A stretch of DNA of 64,000 bases from an uncultured Actinomycetes bacterium. Its GTDB lineage: Bacteria > Actinomycetota > Thermoleophilia > RBG-16-64-13. Position 1 is the first letter of the stretch; the number at the start of each line of letters is the position of its first letter. Below are positions 31,909 to 42,885 of this stretch, piece after piece. Made by a program: the position numbers and the translations under genes. The stretch is taken from NCBI GenBank assembly GCA_963714175.1, contig CAVQNN010000011.1:111686-175685 (forward strand), written 5' to 3'. The notes beneath the pieces were generated by a model, which saw only the letters and a list, made by a program, of their open reading frames with translations, had not been told where the DNA came from and searched no databases.

Positions 31909-33042
31909 TGCTTGTCGCCCTCGGGAGCCTCATCGGCCTTCTCGGCTTGCTGCAGCGCGCTCGAGGCTCCGCCGGAGCCGCGGCCGGAGCCGTCAGGTTC
32001 TGACCGCAGTTGGGGCAGAATTTCGAGCCCGCCGGCAGGGTCGCCTTGCACTTCGGGCACGTCACCGTCGCGGCCAGATTCGCGCCGCAGTTCGGGCAGA
32101 ACTTGCTGCCGTAGGGGATGTCCTGGCTGCAGTTGGGGCAGCGCACCTTGGGCTGCGCTCCACCGGCCATGGCCTGCTGCAGCATGCCGGGAATCATCAT
32201 GCCCAGGCCGGCGCCGGCGCCCAGGCCCAGACCGGCCGTGGCCGCCGAGCCGATGTCGGTGCCGCCCCCTCCTCCGCTGCCGCCGCCTCCCTTGGCCAGG
32301 TCGCCGATGGCCTGCGCGGCCTTGTACTGGAAGTAGCGGTCCATGCCGCCGACGGCTTCCATGCCGGAACGCTCGTCGATGCGTTTCTGCACGTCCTCGG
32401 GCGGCGAGATGGCGTTGACCAGAAAGTCGACGATCGCCAGGCCGTACTGGGCGAAGTCGTCCCTGATCCGGGCCTTGAGACCGGCGCCCAACTCGTCGAA
32501 GTAGCGCGGCAGATCGAGCACGGAGTCGAGGCTCTCACCCAGGATGTCCGCGAGCCGCCCGATGATCACGCCCCGCAGGAAGTCCTCGATCTGGGCGTTG
32601 GTGTAGATGCCGCGCGTGCCCACGAGCTTGACCACGAACAGCTTGGGATCGGTGATCTGGAAGGTGTAGATGCCGTTGGAGCGCAGTCGGATCATCTTGA
32701 ACTCGGAGTCGCGGAACAAGATGGGCTCGACGGTGCCCCACTTCAGGTCGGTGAAGGTCCGCTTGCTGACGTAGAAGACCTCGCACCGGAAGGGTGTGTC
32801 GCCGTAGAGAGGCGTGGTGAAGATCGACGGTGAGCAGGGGTATGTTCTGCGTGGCCAGGGTGTGCCGGCCCGCGTCGAAGACATCGTAGGCCTTGCCGTC
32901 TCTGAAGAAGACAGCCCATTGGCTCTCGCGCACGATCAACTGGGAACCGAGCTTGAACTCGCCCGAGCCCTGCTCGGGGATGCGATGGGCCATCTCGTTC
33001 GCCTTGTTCGTCAACGTACTCGATGAGATCCATGAGGGCCAT
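31905..33042 (-). CDS. SPFH/band-7 domain protein of the COG4260 type with C-terminal double zinc ribbon (apparent frameshifts)
   Basis: The start MALMDLIEYVDEQ (ORF 32743..33042) shifts to LIVRESQWAVFFRDGKAYDVF (ORF 32535..33014) and then to the 588-aa frame (…RCPNCSQDIPYGSKFCPNCGANL…CPKCKATLPAGSKFCPNCGQNL). The stop TGA overlaps the DUF2207 ATG. Confidence 0.7.
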
Positions 33043-33137
33043 CGATTACCTCCCAGCTCCGGTGATGAGGTTTTCCCGCTCGGAGAAGCGGGCGTCCAAT
33101 GCTTCGATCCGATCGTCCAGGATACCGATGTCGGCGC

Positions 33138-33563
33138 TCAGCGACGGGCTGCCGACGGCGAGCGCCGCGGCGAGGTCGCGTATGCCCTATCGCTTCTGTC
33201 TCGAGCCCCTGGTCGAACGCGCTGCAGCTCGTCGATCTTCTGCGCGCCCACCTTGGTGGTGTCGAACAGGCCGGCATAGCCGTAGTCGGCGAACTGTATG
33301 CGGTCCCGCACCTTGCGCACTTTGCGCATGATGACGTCGACTTCTCCCAATCCCTCCAGGTTGCCGCTCTTCATGAGGTCGAGCTTCAGTTCGTCCAGCG
33401 TGCCCAGGCAAGAATCGACGTACTCGGCCACGTACACCCGCTCGATCTTGTCGGCCTCCCGCCCCAGTTCCTTCTCCTTGTAGCCCTTGTAGCCGGGGAT
33501 CTTCTCCATCATCCGCTCGAACCAGTTCTTGCTCTCCTCTACCCTGTCATCGATCCCAGCCAT
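33138..33563 (-). CDS. hypothetical charged/coiled cytoplasmic protein
   Basis: 141-aa ORF MAGIDDRVEESKNWFERMMEKIPGYKGYKEKELGREADKIERVYVAEY… It is co-oriented and lies immediately upstream of the SPFH gene. The C-terminus may be frameshifted. Confidence 0.55.
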   Translation of the reverse strand: MAGIDDRVEESKNWFERMMEKIPGYKGYKEKELGREADKIERVYVAEYVDSCLGTLDELKLDLMKSGNLEGLGEVDVIMRKVRKVRDRIQFADYGYAGLFDTTKVGAQKIDELQRVRPGARDRSDRAYATSPRRSPSAARR

Positions 33564-33618
33564 GATCTCCCCTTTGCTCTATGTGACCGATCGAGCCCGC
33601 GCGTCGGGACTTCGGACT

Positions 33619-34306
33619 CTACGCTACCAGACCATCGAACTCGCGCAGCAGCAACCTCCAGTTGGACTCGTGTATGTAGCGAGGATCCCAGACGGCGGGA
33701 ATGAACAGCAGCTCCTCGCCGACCGCCTCGAGCTCGTAGTCGACAGACCGCAGGTCTTTGGCCTCGTGCGATTCGACCGCCAGATAGACGAAGTGTGCCA
33801 GTATCCGGGCATCCCGTCTGCCCACCACCACGGGAGAGAAGGTGCCGAAGCCGGGTCCGGCTGCGTCGCCACTCGATTCGACTCCAAGCCGGCCCCCACG
33901 CAGCATCGGTCTCTGCGCCGCGGCAGGGCCGCTACGAGCCCCGGGGAGAGCTCCAGCATCGGCTGCGCCTCGCGTCAGACTCACCCCCAACCGCTGCACC
34001 ACCGGACGCATCAGCGAGAAGGCGGGGACGTAGAGATAGGCAGGCTCCGGGCGCAGCGACCTTGCGGATGCGCTCCCAGGCGGAGTCGGAGGCCGCGGTC
34101 ACGGAGACAGCCAGACGCCACACCGCCAGATAGTGTACCCCTCCGGCCACGGCCAGCTCAGTGGTCGCTGAAGCGGTCAGGGGGGAGAACGCGGTGAATC
34201 CGTCTTCGCTCGGCTCATGTACCGACCCGCAGTTCGGGCAGATGAAGAGGGCGGCATCGTCACCGCCCTCAAGGGCAAGCCCACAGTTGTCGCAGAGCAG
34301 CGGCAC
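33619..34306 (-). CDS. hypothetical protein with N-terminal zinc ribbon (apparent frameshift)
   Basis: ORF 33932..34306 (MPLLCDNCGLALEGGDDAALFICPNCGSVHEPSEDG…) continues into ORF 33619..34011 in another frame. Confidence 0.55.
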
Positions 34307-34310
34307 CAGA

Positions 34311-35347
34311 TCAGCCGGAGAAAGGTTCGTGGTATTCCACCTCCCCCACCGCGCGGAATCGCCAGATCGACAGTATGCCTATCACAGACACTATCACGGC
34401 TGCGGCCACCATTGAAACGCGGCCCGTCTCCCGGGTGACGGCGAGCAACACGAGAAGGGCGACCACGATGGCCATGGCGACCACCTGCAGCGCCAGAAGC
34501 TGGATGCGCCGCGAGTTGTCGGCCGGAGCGACGGCCGAGTTCACGCTTCCGTCGCGGCCGTTCACCACTACGCGACAGATACGATTCCCGCGATCTGTAG
34601 CGAACCACCCACAGGGGATAGTAGAGGAGCGCGAGTGGATTCCCGGAAGGCGAACAGATGACTGTCGGGAGACGACGCCCCCGAGAGCGGCTGCAAGCGC
34701 CGCCGCCCGCCCTGTCGCCGTTACTTCGCTCGCCGGACCCTTCGGCCTCCAGGACGGTCGCCGCCGGGTCCAGTTCGCCGGCCAGCAGGGGCAACAGAAG
34801 CTCCCGGCCGGTGAAGCGAGGGCGTGTCGCGCCCAGGGCCTCCAGGTCGGTGGCCGCCTGGTAGAAGCGGCGTTCCTGAAGGCGCGGCTCCTTGATCCCC
34901 TTCTTGACCAGCCTGAGTTCCAACCGGCCGCCGCCTTCTTCCTCGTCGAACATCGAGCCAGCCGACCGAGATGCTCGGACGGACAACCTCGGTCTCGGTC
35001 CGCAGGATGTGGCCGAACTCCCACCCCGCCAGCAGCGCCTTGTGCTCCCAGATGGGAGCGAAGATCAGACGGGCATCGACGAAACGCGCGTCACGCGCCC
35101 GCTTGGCGATGCCAGGGTAGTCGCGAAGCCAGGCGGCCCCAGCAGCAGCGGCTTTGAGCCGGTTCACACGCGGGGGAAAGTACCAGCGGGAGAAACCTCC
35201 GTGCTCCTTCACCGCCACGCGCACCCCACAGTGGCGGCAGACGAGGATGCGCCGACCTTCTCGAACGCTCAAAGGACCGGCGCACTGCGAACACTGGACC
35301 GAGTGAAGCACCTCCTCTTCCGGAGCGGACACAGCCTGGGCCGTCAT
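34311..35347 (-). CDS. hypothetical protein with zinc ribbon and C-terminal TM helix (apparent frameshifts)
   Basis: Pieces from three frames: MTAQAVSAPEEEVLHSVQCSQCAGPLSV…CRHCG (34721..35527), MFDEEEGGGRLELRLVKKGIKEPRLQERRFYQAATDLEAL (34177..34986), and the tail …VAAAVIVSVIGILSIWRF…* (34311..35024). Confidence 0.5.
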
Positions 35348-35527
35348 CCTCCAGAGCCGGAAGCGACCGGGGCCGCGTCGTCTCGGGCCCCCAGCTCCCG
35401 CTCTCGGGTCAGAGTCGACCCGCAGAACGCACAGACAGCCGCGTCGGCATACCCGGGCATGACCACCGGGGCTCCGCACTGCGGGCAACTGATCTCGGTC
35501 GTGTTGTTGGTCGTCGTGTAGCATCAT
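35344..35527 (-). CDS. small zinc-ribbon protein (about 60 aa)
   Basis: Frame …ISCPQCGAPVVMPGYADAAVCAFCGSTL…* ends with TGA overlapping the ATG of the next gene (ATGA). The N-terminus is uncertain. Confidence 0.35.
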
Positions 35528-35644
35528 CCTGATAGTCTATCGCCGCGACCAGGTCTGACCTTGAATCCATCGCCTTGCGCCGACAGCGGCTTCCATGCCA
35601 GTCGCGGCGTCGGATACCGTCTGCGAGTCAGCCGAGGAGAATGG

Positions 35645-37100
35645 CTACGCGTAGCGCAAGACGCCGGCTACGCCGCCGAGCTCGTCCAACGCCGGGTATG
35701 TTCTCTCCGACCTCCACCTGTCCGTTCTGCGATGATCGCCAAGCCGGACGATCTCGCCCACGGCGTCGGCTATGGGCACGATGGCACCGCCGCATACCGG
35801 GCAACGCTCGGTCGCGACCAGGCCGACCCAGCCGCAGTCCACACAGCGCCAGCCCGGCACCCGATAGTTGCGATCGACGAGCAGGGTCTGCACCTGGTGG
35901 CGGCCCACCGCGCTGAGCACGTCGTCAAAGCCGGAGACCCCCCGGCCGCCGTGACCCAGGCCCTCTTTGATGCGCGCGGCCAGCGCGACCATCTCCTCGT
36001 GCCGGGCCTCTTCCACGGCCTGCCGGGCGCTGACCACCATCTGAGCCGTGGTGGCCGCTGCGTCAAGAGGTATCTCCGCCACTATCTTGGCCGCCACGCT
36101 GGCCGGCAGCGTGCGCCGGAAGCCGCTGGCGATATCGTGCTGGGCGCAGAGTGCCACCCGTCTCACGCCAGAAGTCTCGAGCAACTTGGCCAGTGAGGCC
36201 CCGACCTCCTTGAAGTGCAGATCGACCAGGCTGTCCTGACGAGCAGCCGCGTAGTACTCCTTGATGGACAGCTCGCCGCGTCTCTCGGTCGCTGCTCCGC
36301 AGCCACGGCCCGTCGAGATCGTCCTCGTGGGCCACTCCCCACTCGTCCACCAGGAACAGGGTCGATTCGTCCCGGCTCACGCGCGCCACCACGAAGGGCT
36401 CCAGAAGCGAGAGGGCGTGCGCCACCGGACGGATATAGGGCGAGGGTTCGATCACGACACGGTTGACCAGTCGGAAGGGCAGTTCGATCCGCTCGTAGAA
36501 GCCGCCGCCCCGTCGGCGAACACGGCCAGACCCTGGGTGGCCGGAGTCACGTCGTACATGAGCACGTCGAGCACATGGTCCAGATCGGTCTGTAGAAGGC
36601 GTTTGTTCTCCTTGGATACTCCGCTCTCCTTGGTGATGCGGTTGAACTCGCTGTGGAGGAATGCGGGAGCAAACAGCCGCCAATCGTCGAGGCGGCTGGT
36701 GGACAGAGTGACGGTCAGGAATGCGGCACCTGACGCCTTGGCTGCAGCAAGAGCTTTCAACTTGTCCTTGACCCCGGCCGCGCTGTCGATCATGAATCGC
36801 CGCCTTCCACCTGGCCCTTCGACTCCGCCGGCTCACCTGCCTCGGCGGTTCCTTGCTCATCCTGCTCGGCCCGGGGGTACCTGCTCGGGTGGCGGCACGG
36901 ATTCTCGATCGTGAAGGGCCTGCTCTCTGCGCCACCTGCTCCTCTCGCTCACGGAACTTGTCCACCAGGGCAGACTTGCCCTTGTCGTGGGCTGGCTCGG
37001 CCATGTTGACGTTGCCTGTGTCGGAAAGCGCGGACCTCATCTTCTGCACGGGGGTGAGGGGGCGCTCTCTGCCAGAGCGTTCGACCTTCTTGTCGGCCAT
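35645..37100 (-). CDS. bacterial eRF1/Pelota-like (baeRF-family) protein with C-terminal zinc ribbon (apparent frameshifts)
   Basis: The C-terminal ORF 35645..36184 has an eRF1-domain-3-like segment (GRGVSGFDDVLSAVGRHQVQTLLVDRNY) followed by CVDCG…CPVCGG. The middle and N-terminal pieces lie in ORFs 36452..36793 and 36063..37100. Confidence 0.55.
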
Positions 37101-37266
37101 CTTGTCCCCTTTCGGTTCTTAGGAGGTAAGGCCTGTGGTCGCCGAACGTGTAGTTGACTTACTACCCAGCGCCGGGCGGACCTAACACGCCCGGTTTGTG
37201 TCTTTCACACCGTTGGGCATATTGTGGAGACTGCCGGGGCCTCACTGTCTGGAGGAGCTTTGCTCC

Positions 37267-39853
37267 ATGGACGACTTCGAGAAGCAGGGCGCGTTCTACC
37301 TTGGCCGCGAGTACGAGCTATCAACGAAGCAGAGCGGCGGACCTCTTCTCTATGACTCGAAAGACCTGGTCACCCACGGCGTCTGTGTGGGCATGACAGG
37401 CAGCGGCAAGACCGGGCTCTGCGTGGGTCTGCTCGAGGAAGCCGCCCTGGACGGGATACCCTCCATCGTCATCGATCCCAAGGGCGACCTGAGCAACCTG
37501 ATGCTCACCTTCCCCGGCCTCACGGCCGAGGACTTCCTCCCCTGGGTGAGCCAGGAGGAGGCCGGCAAACAGGGCCTGACTCCCGAGGCTTTCGCCCAGC
37601 AGCAGGCCGAGATGTGGAAGAAGGGGCTGGCCGACTGGGGGCAGGATCCGGCTCGTATCCAGCGCCTGAAGGATGCCGCGGACTTCGCCATCTACACGCC
37701 CGGCTCCAACGCCGGTCTCCCGGTGAGCATCCTCAAGTCCTTCGCTGCGCCCGCCCCTGCCGTACGCGACGACTCCGAGGCGCTCCGTGACCGCATCAAC
37801 ACGGCCGCCACGAGCATCCTGGGCTTGGTGGGCGTGACGGCCGATCCCATCCAGAGCCGGGAGCACATCCTTCTCTCCAGCCTGTTCGACTCCGCTTGGT
37901 CGAAAGGCCAGGATCTCGACCTCGCCGGCCTCATCAGGCAGATCCAAGCGCCGCCGTTCCAGCAGGTCGGCGTGCTCAGTCTGGAGTCCTTCTACCCGGC
38001 CAAGGACCGAGCCGCACTGGCCATGCTGCTCAACAACCTGCTGGCCGCGCCCACCTTCCAGTCCTGGTTGGAAGGAGAGCCGCTCGACATCGGGGAGATG
38101 CTGTTCACGAGAGACAAGAAGCCCCGGGTGACGATCTTCTCCATCGCCCACCTCTCCGACGCGGAACGCATGTTCTTCGTCTCGCTTCTGCTCAACGAGG
38201 TGCTGGGCTGGGTCCGGGCTCAGCCGGGAACGGGAAGCCTGCGCGCCATCATCTACATGGACGAGATCTTCGGCTTCTTCCCTCCGGTGGCCGAGCCTCC
38301 ATCCAAGCGGCCGCTCCTGACCCTGCTCAAGCAGGCTCGAGCGTTCGGAGTGGGCATCCTCCTGGCCACGCAGAACCCCGTCGACTTGGACTACAAAGGC
38401 CTCGCCAACGCGGGCACCTGGTTCATCGGCCGTCTGCAGACCGAGCGCGACAAGGACCGCCTCCTCGAGGGCCTGGAGGGAGTGGCCGCCGGCACCGAGG
38501 CCAAGTTCGACCGGCAGAAGATGGAGGAGACCCTGGCCGGCCTGGGCAAGCGGGTCTTCCTCCTCTACAACGTGCACGAGGACGCCCCCGTGACCTTCCA
38601 GACCCGCTGGACCATGTCGTACCTGGCCGGCCCACTCACGCGGAGTCAGATCAAGACCCTGATGGATCCACGCCGGCCGCCGGCCGCCGCACGGCAACCT
38701 GCACCGGCCGCGGCTGGAACAGCAGGCGGGGCCGCGGCGTTCGGAGCGGCGCCAGCCGTCGTCACAGGCGTGGCCATCGGGGGAGCGAACGCCGCGATAA
38801 CTGGTGTCGCGACAGCGGGCATCGACATGACGAGCGCCGGAGCACCGGGAGCGCCGGGCGGGAGCATGAACTCCACGTCGACCGCGTTTGCCGCGACCAC
38901 GCTGCCGCCGGAAGTCCCCGCGGAGATACCTCAGTACTACCTGCCGCTCCGTGGCGACGACCCCCGCCGGACCCAGCCTTGTCTACCGGGCAGGGGTGTT
39001 GGCCGCCGCGACGGTCAACTTCGTCAGCACCGGGACTGGGGCCAGCTCGTCCAAGCGGATCCGCCGCATCGCCGAGGCGCCCGAGAGCGCCCTGGCTCTC
39101 AACTGGGAGAAGGCCACCGACCTCGAAGCGACCCTGGAGGATCTCGACCGTCAACCCTATCCCGGGGCGACCTTCGCCCCCATGCCGGCGGCCATGACCA
39201 AGGTCGCCTCGTATCGGTCTTGGGGGTCGGACTTCTCGGATTGGGCGTTCCGTACGCAGACGGCCGAAGTGTTCAAGAGCGCAGGGTTCAAGCTGAGCTC
39301 CGACCCGGGGGAGACCGAGGACGACTTCCGGCGCCGGCTCGAGCGAAGCGCGAAGGCCGAGCGCGATGAGCAGGAAGAGAAGCTCACGAAGCAGTTCGCC
39401 ACCAAGAAGGCGGCTCTCGAGCAGAGGGTGCTCAAGGCGGAGCATGCCAAGGAACGCGAGGCCGAGCAATCCAAGGGTCGCAAGATGCAGACCGCCATCT
39501 CCTTCGGGGCCACGCTTCTGAGCATGTTCACGGGCAAGAAGAAGCTCAGCAGCACCACTCTCGGCAAGGCCACGACCGCCATGCGCGACGTGGGTCGCAG
39601 CATCGACGAGGGAGGCGACGTCAAACGAGCCGAGGAGTCTCTCGAGGTCCTCAGACAGAAGCTGGCCGATCTCGAGACCGAGCAGCAGGAAGCTATCGAC
39701 GCTCTGGAGTCGCAGATCGACCCAGCGGCCGAAACGCTCGAAACGGTGCTGATGCGGCCTCGCAAGAGCGACATCACGGTGGATTCCCTGGGGCTCGTAT
39801 GGATGCCCTACTGGCAGGACGACACAGGCGCGTTGATGGGCGCGTGGGGATGA
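37267..39853 (+). CDS. HerA/FtsK-like P-loop ATPase of the YjgR (DUF853) type with long coiled-coil C-terminal extension (about 860 aa, one apparent frameshift)
   Basis: ATG at 37267 with a [54 protein letters not shown] parallels the YjgR Walker A/KGDL region. [27 protein letters not shown] is also conserved. The frame switches near 38950 into ORF 38888..39853. Confidence 0.75.
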
Positions 39854-39901
39854 GAGAGGAGCAGTAGGGGTGGCAACATTCGACCAAAGGAGAGATAGGG
39901 G

Positions 39902-40354
39902 ATGCTAAAGGACTTCAAGGCGTTCATCGACAGAGGCAACCTTCTGCAGTTGGCCGTGGCCTTCATCTTGGGCGTCGCGTTCGCCGCGGTTGTGACCTCG
40001 TTGGTGAACGACATCATCATGCCGGCTGTGGGTCTCGGGCTCGGAGGGGTCGACTTCACCAACCTGTTCGCGGTGATCAAGGATGCCCCGACGGGCCCCG
40101 CCGATTTTGCGAACCTCCAGGCGGCCAAGGATGCCGGCGCCGTCACCATCAACTACGGTGTGTTCATCAATGCCATCATAGTGTTCATCATCGTGGCGCT
40201 TGTGCTGTTCTTCATCATGAAGGCCTACATGAAGACGCAGAAGCCCGCCGAGGCGACCACTCGCGACTGCCCGTTCTGCGCCACCGCCGTTCCGATCGCG
40301 GCCACCCGTTGCCCGCATTGCACCTCGGAACTGCCGGCCGTGGTCAAGACCTGA
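39902..40354 (+). CDS. mscL: large-conductance mechanosensitive channel MscL with C-terminal zinc-ribbon extension
   Basis: MLKDFKAFIDRGNLLQLAVAFILGVAFAAVVTSLVNDIIMP is the canonical MscL TM1. The C-terminus is DCPFCAT…CPHCTS. Confidence 0.9.
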   Translation: MLKDFKAFIDRGNLLQLAVAFILGVAFAAVVTSLVNDIIMPAVGLGLGGVDFTNLFAVIKDAPTGPADFANLQAAKDAGAVTINYGVFINAIIVFIIVALVLFFIMKAYMKTQKPAEATTRDCPFCATAVPIAATRCPHCTSELPAVVKT

Positions 40355-40385
40355 CAGGACTTCCCTGATAGCACGCAGCGACCGT

Positions 40386-40420
40386 CCGGCGGGGCGGGGC
40401 GCGAAGCGCCCCGCCCCGCC
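40386..40420 (+). terminator. GC-rich hairpin terminator after mscL
   Basis: CCGGCGGGGCGGGGCGC-GAAG-CGCCCCGCCCCGCCG followed by TCTTGT. Confidence 0.55.
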
Positions 40421-40539
40421 GTCTTGTCGCCCGCCTCCACCCACCCGCACCCGCACCGCTTGGCGATCGGCGACGCTCCCGAGGAGGCTGCTAGGCGCGC
40501 GCCTTCTATCCACGCCCTGAGGCTATACTCTCCGTCACC

Positions 40540-42885
40540 ATGCCAAACCACCCCCGAGACGATGAGCAGGGCTTCTTCGCCACCTGTCCGCGCAACACGG
40601 AGGGGTTGCTGCTGGACGAGCTTCGCTCCCTGGGGGCCACCGACGCCACAGAGACACGCGCCGGCGTCTCCTTCTCTGGGCCCCTGTCGTTGGCCTACCG
40701 AGTCTGCCTCTGGTCCCGCGTGGCCAGCCGGGTCCTCCTGAGGTTGGCGTCGTTTCCGGCGGCCTCGAGCCCTGACGACCTCTACGAGGCAGTCCACTCC
40801 ATGCCCTGGGAAGATCATCTGAGCGCGTCCGGCACCCTGGCGGTGGAAGTGACCTCCACCGTCAGGCAGGGGCCTTTGGCGACCCTCAATACCCACTTCG
40901 CCGAGCAGCGTGTCGAAGGACGCGGTCGTCGATCGTTTTCGCGCGAACACGGGGACACGCCCGGGTGTCGACCTGGCCCGCCCCGACATCCGCATCAACC
41001 TCCACCTCACTCCGATCGAGACCGGGGTCAGTCTGGACCTGTCCGGCGACGGCCTGCATCGCCGCGGGTACCGCCTCGAGGGCGGTGAGGCGCCGCTCAA
41101 GGAGAACCTGGCCGTCGCCATCCTCATGAGAGCCGGCTGGCTCCGCATCGCCGCGGCCGGCGGGGCGCTGGTCGATCCCATGTGCGGCTCGGGCACGCTC
41201 CTGATCGAGGGGGCGCTGATGGCCGCCGACGTCGCTCCGGGGTTCCTGCGCGACTACTATGGTTTTCTCGGATGGAAGGGCCATCGATGCTCAATCCTGG
41301 CGCGAACTGGTGACGGAGGCTGAAGAGCGTCGCAGACAGGGTTTGAAGCAACTGCCGGTGCTTCAAGGCTTCGACATCGAGCAGCGCGCCATCGGCACAG
41401 CGAGAGCCAACGCAAGGAGAGCCGGGCTGGCCGGCCGCATCGTCTTCGAACGGCGCCCTCTGGCCGCCCTCGTCGCCCCGACGCTGAGCGGTACCTCCGA
41501 GACAGATGGGGCCGCAGTGCCCCCTTCGGTGGCCGGCGGCCTCGTGGTCACCAACCCGCCCTACGGCAAGCGCCTGGGCGAAGTAGAGGAACTCGTCGAG
41601 GTCTACGAGACTCTGGGCGAAAGGCTGAAGGCCGGCTTCTCCGGTTGGGAGGCGGCCGTCTTCACCGGCAATCCCCAGCTGGGCGCTCATCTCGGCCTCC
41701 GAGCGCACCGTGTCAACGTGCTGTACAACGGCCCTCTCGAATGCAGGCTGCTTCTCTTCCATATCGGTGAGCGCGCCGGGGGCGCTATCCCCGCTCCAGC
41801 TGCGCGAGAAACCCCTTCGCGACTCTTCCGCGGGGACAGCGCCCCCGGCGCGGACCACTCATTTGGAGTCCCTTCTGGCAGCCATGATTTGGCCAGTCGT
41901 CTCGGCGACGCTCGCGTTCAGAACCCGCTCGCTGCTGGCGCGGTCATGTTCTCGAATCGGCTCTCCAAGAACCTCAAGCACCTGCGTCGCTGGGCCGCTC
42001 GCGAAGGCGTCCACTGCTACCGTGTCTACGATGCCGATCTGCCCGAGTACGCGGTCGCCGTCGATCTCTACGACGACTGGGCGCACGTGCAGGAGTATGC
42101 GCCTCCCGGCACCGTGGACCCGGTGCGCGCCCGGCGGCGTCTCAAGGAGGTCGTGGCCGTCGTGCCTGAGGCCCTGGAGATCCCGCCTGGGCACGTGGTG
42201 CTCAAGGTACGTCGTCCACAGAGGGGCGCGGACCAGTACCAGAGGTTGGGCGAGGAGGGCCGATTCCTCGAGGTGGCAGAGGGGGGTCTTCGCTTTCAGG
42301 TGAACCTCACCGACTACCTCGACACCGGTCTCTTCCTCGACCATCGGCCCACTCGGCAGCTGATCCGCGAACTCGCTCCCGGGCGACGGTTCCTGAATCT
42401 CTTTGCCTACACCGGCTCGGCGACGGTCTATGCGGCCGCGGGAGGTGCGCCCTCCACTACTACCGTGGACATGTCGTCCACGTATCTGGACTGGGCCCGC
42501 CGCAATCTGTCTCTCAACGGCTTCTCCGGCATCGAGCCACGGCTTCGTCCAGGCCGACTGCCTCGAGTGGCTGGAGCGGGCCGCCGCCGGCAAAGGGGCC
42601 GGCGCCTACGACCTCATCTTCTTGGATGCCCCCACCTTCTCCAACTCCAAGAGCATGACCACCACACTCGATATCCAGCGTGATCACGCCGGACTCATCC
42701 GCACGACCGCCCGCCTCCTCTCACCCGAGGGGGTCTTGCTCTTCTCCACCAATTTCCGCCGTTTCAAGCTCGATCCGGCGCTGACTGAGGACTTTGCGGT
42801 GGCCGACATCACCAAGCAGACGATTCCCCCGGATTTCGCCCGCACTCCCCGTATCCACTCCTGCTTCCGCATCCATGGCGGCTGA
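40540..42885 (+). CDS. rlmL: bifunctional 23S rRNA (G2445-N2/G2069-N7)-methyltransferase RlmKL (THUMP plus two MTase domains; at least 3 apparent frameshifts)
   Basis: ORFs 40540.., 40910.., 41259.. and 42403..42885 are co-linear with RlmKL ([47 protein letters not shown]). Confidence 0.75.

Noticed and set aside
37321-38697. 458-aa minus-strand ORF
   Set aside because: It is antisense to the HerA/DUF853-like ATPase.
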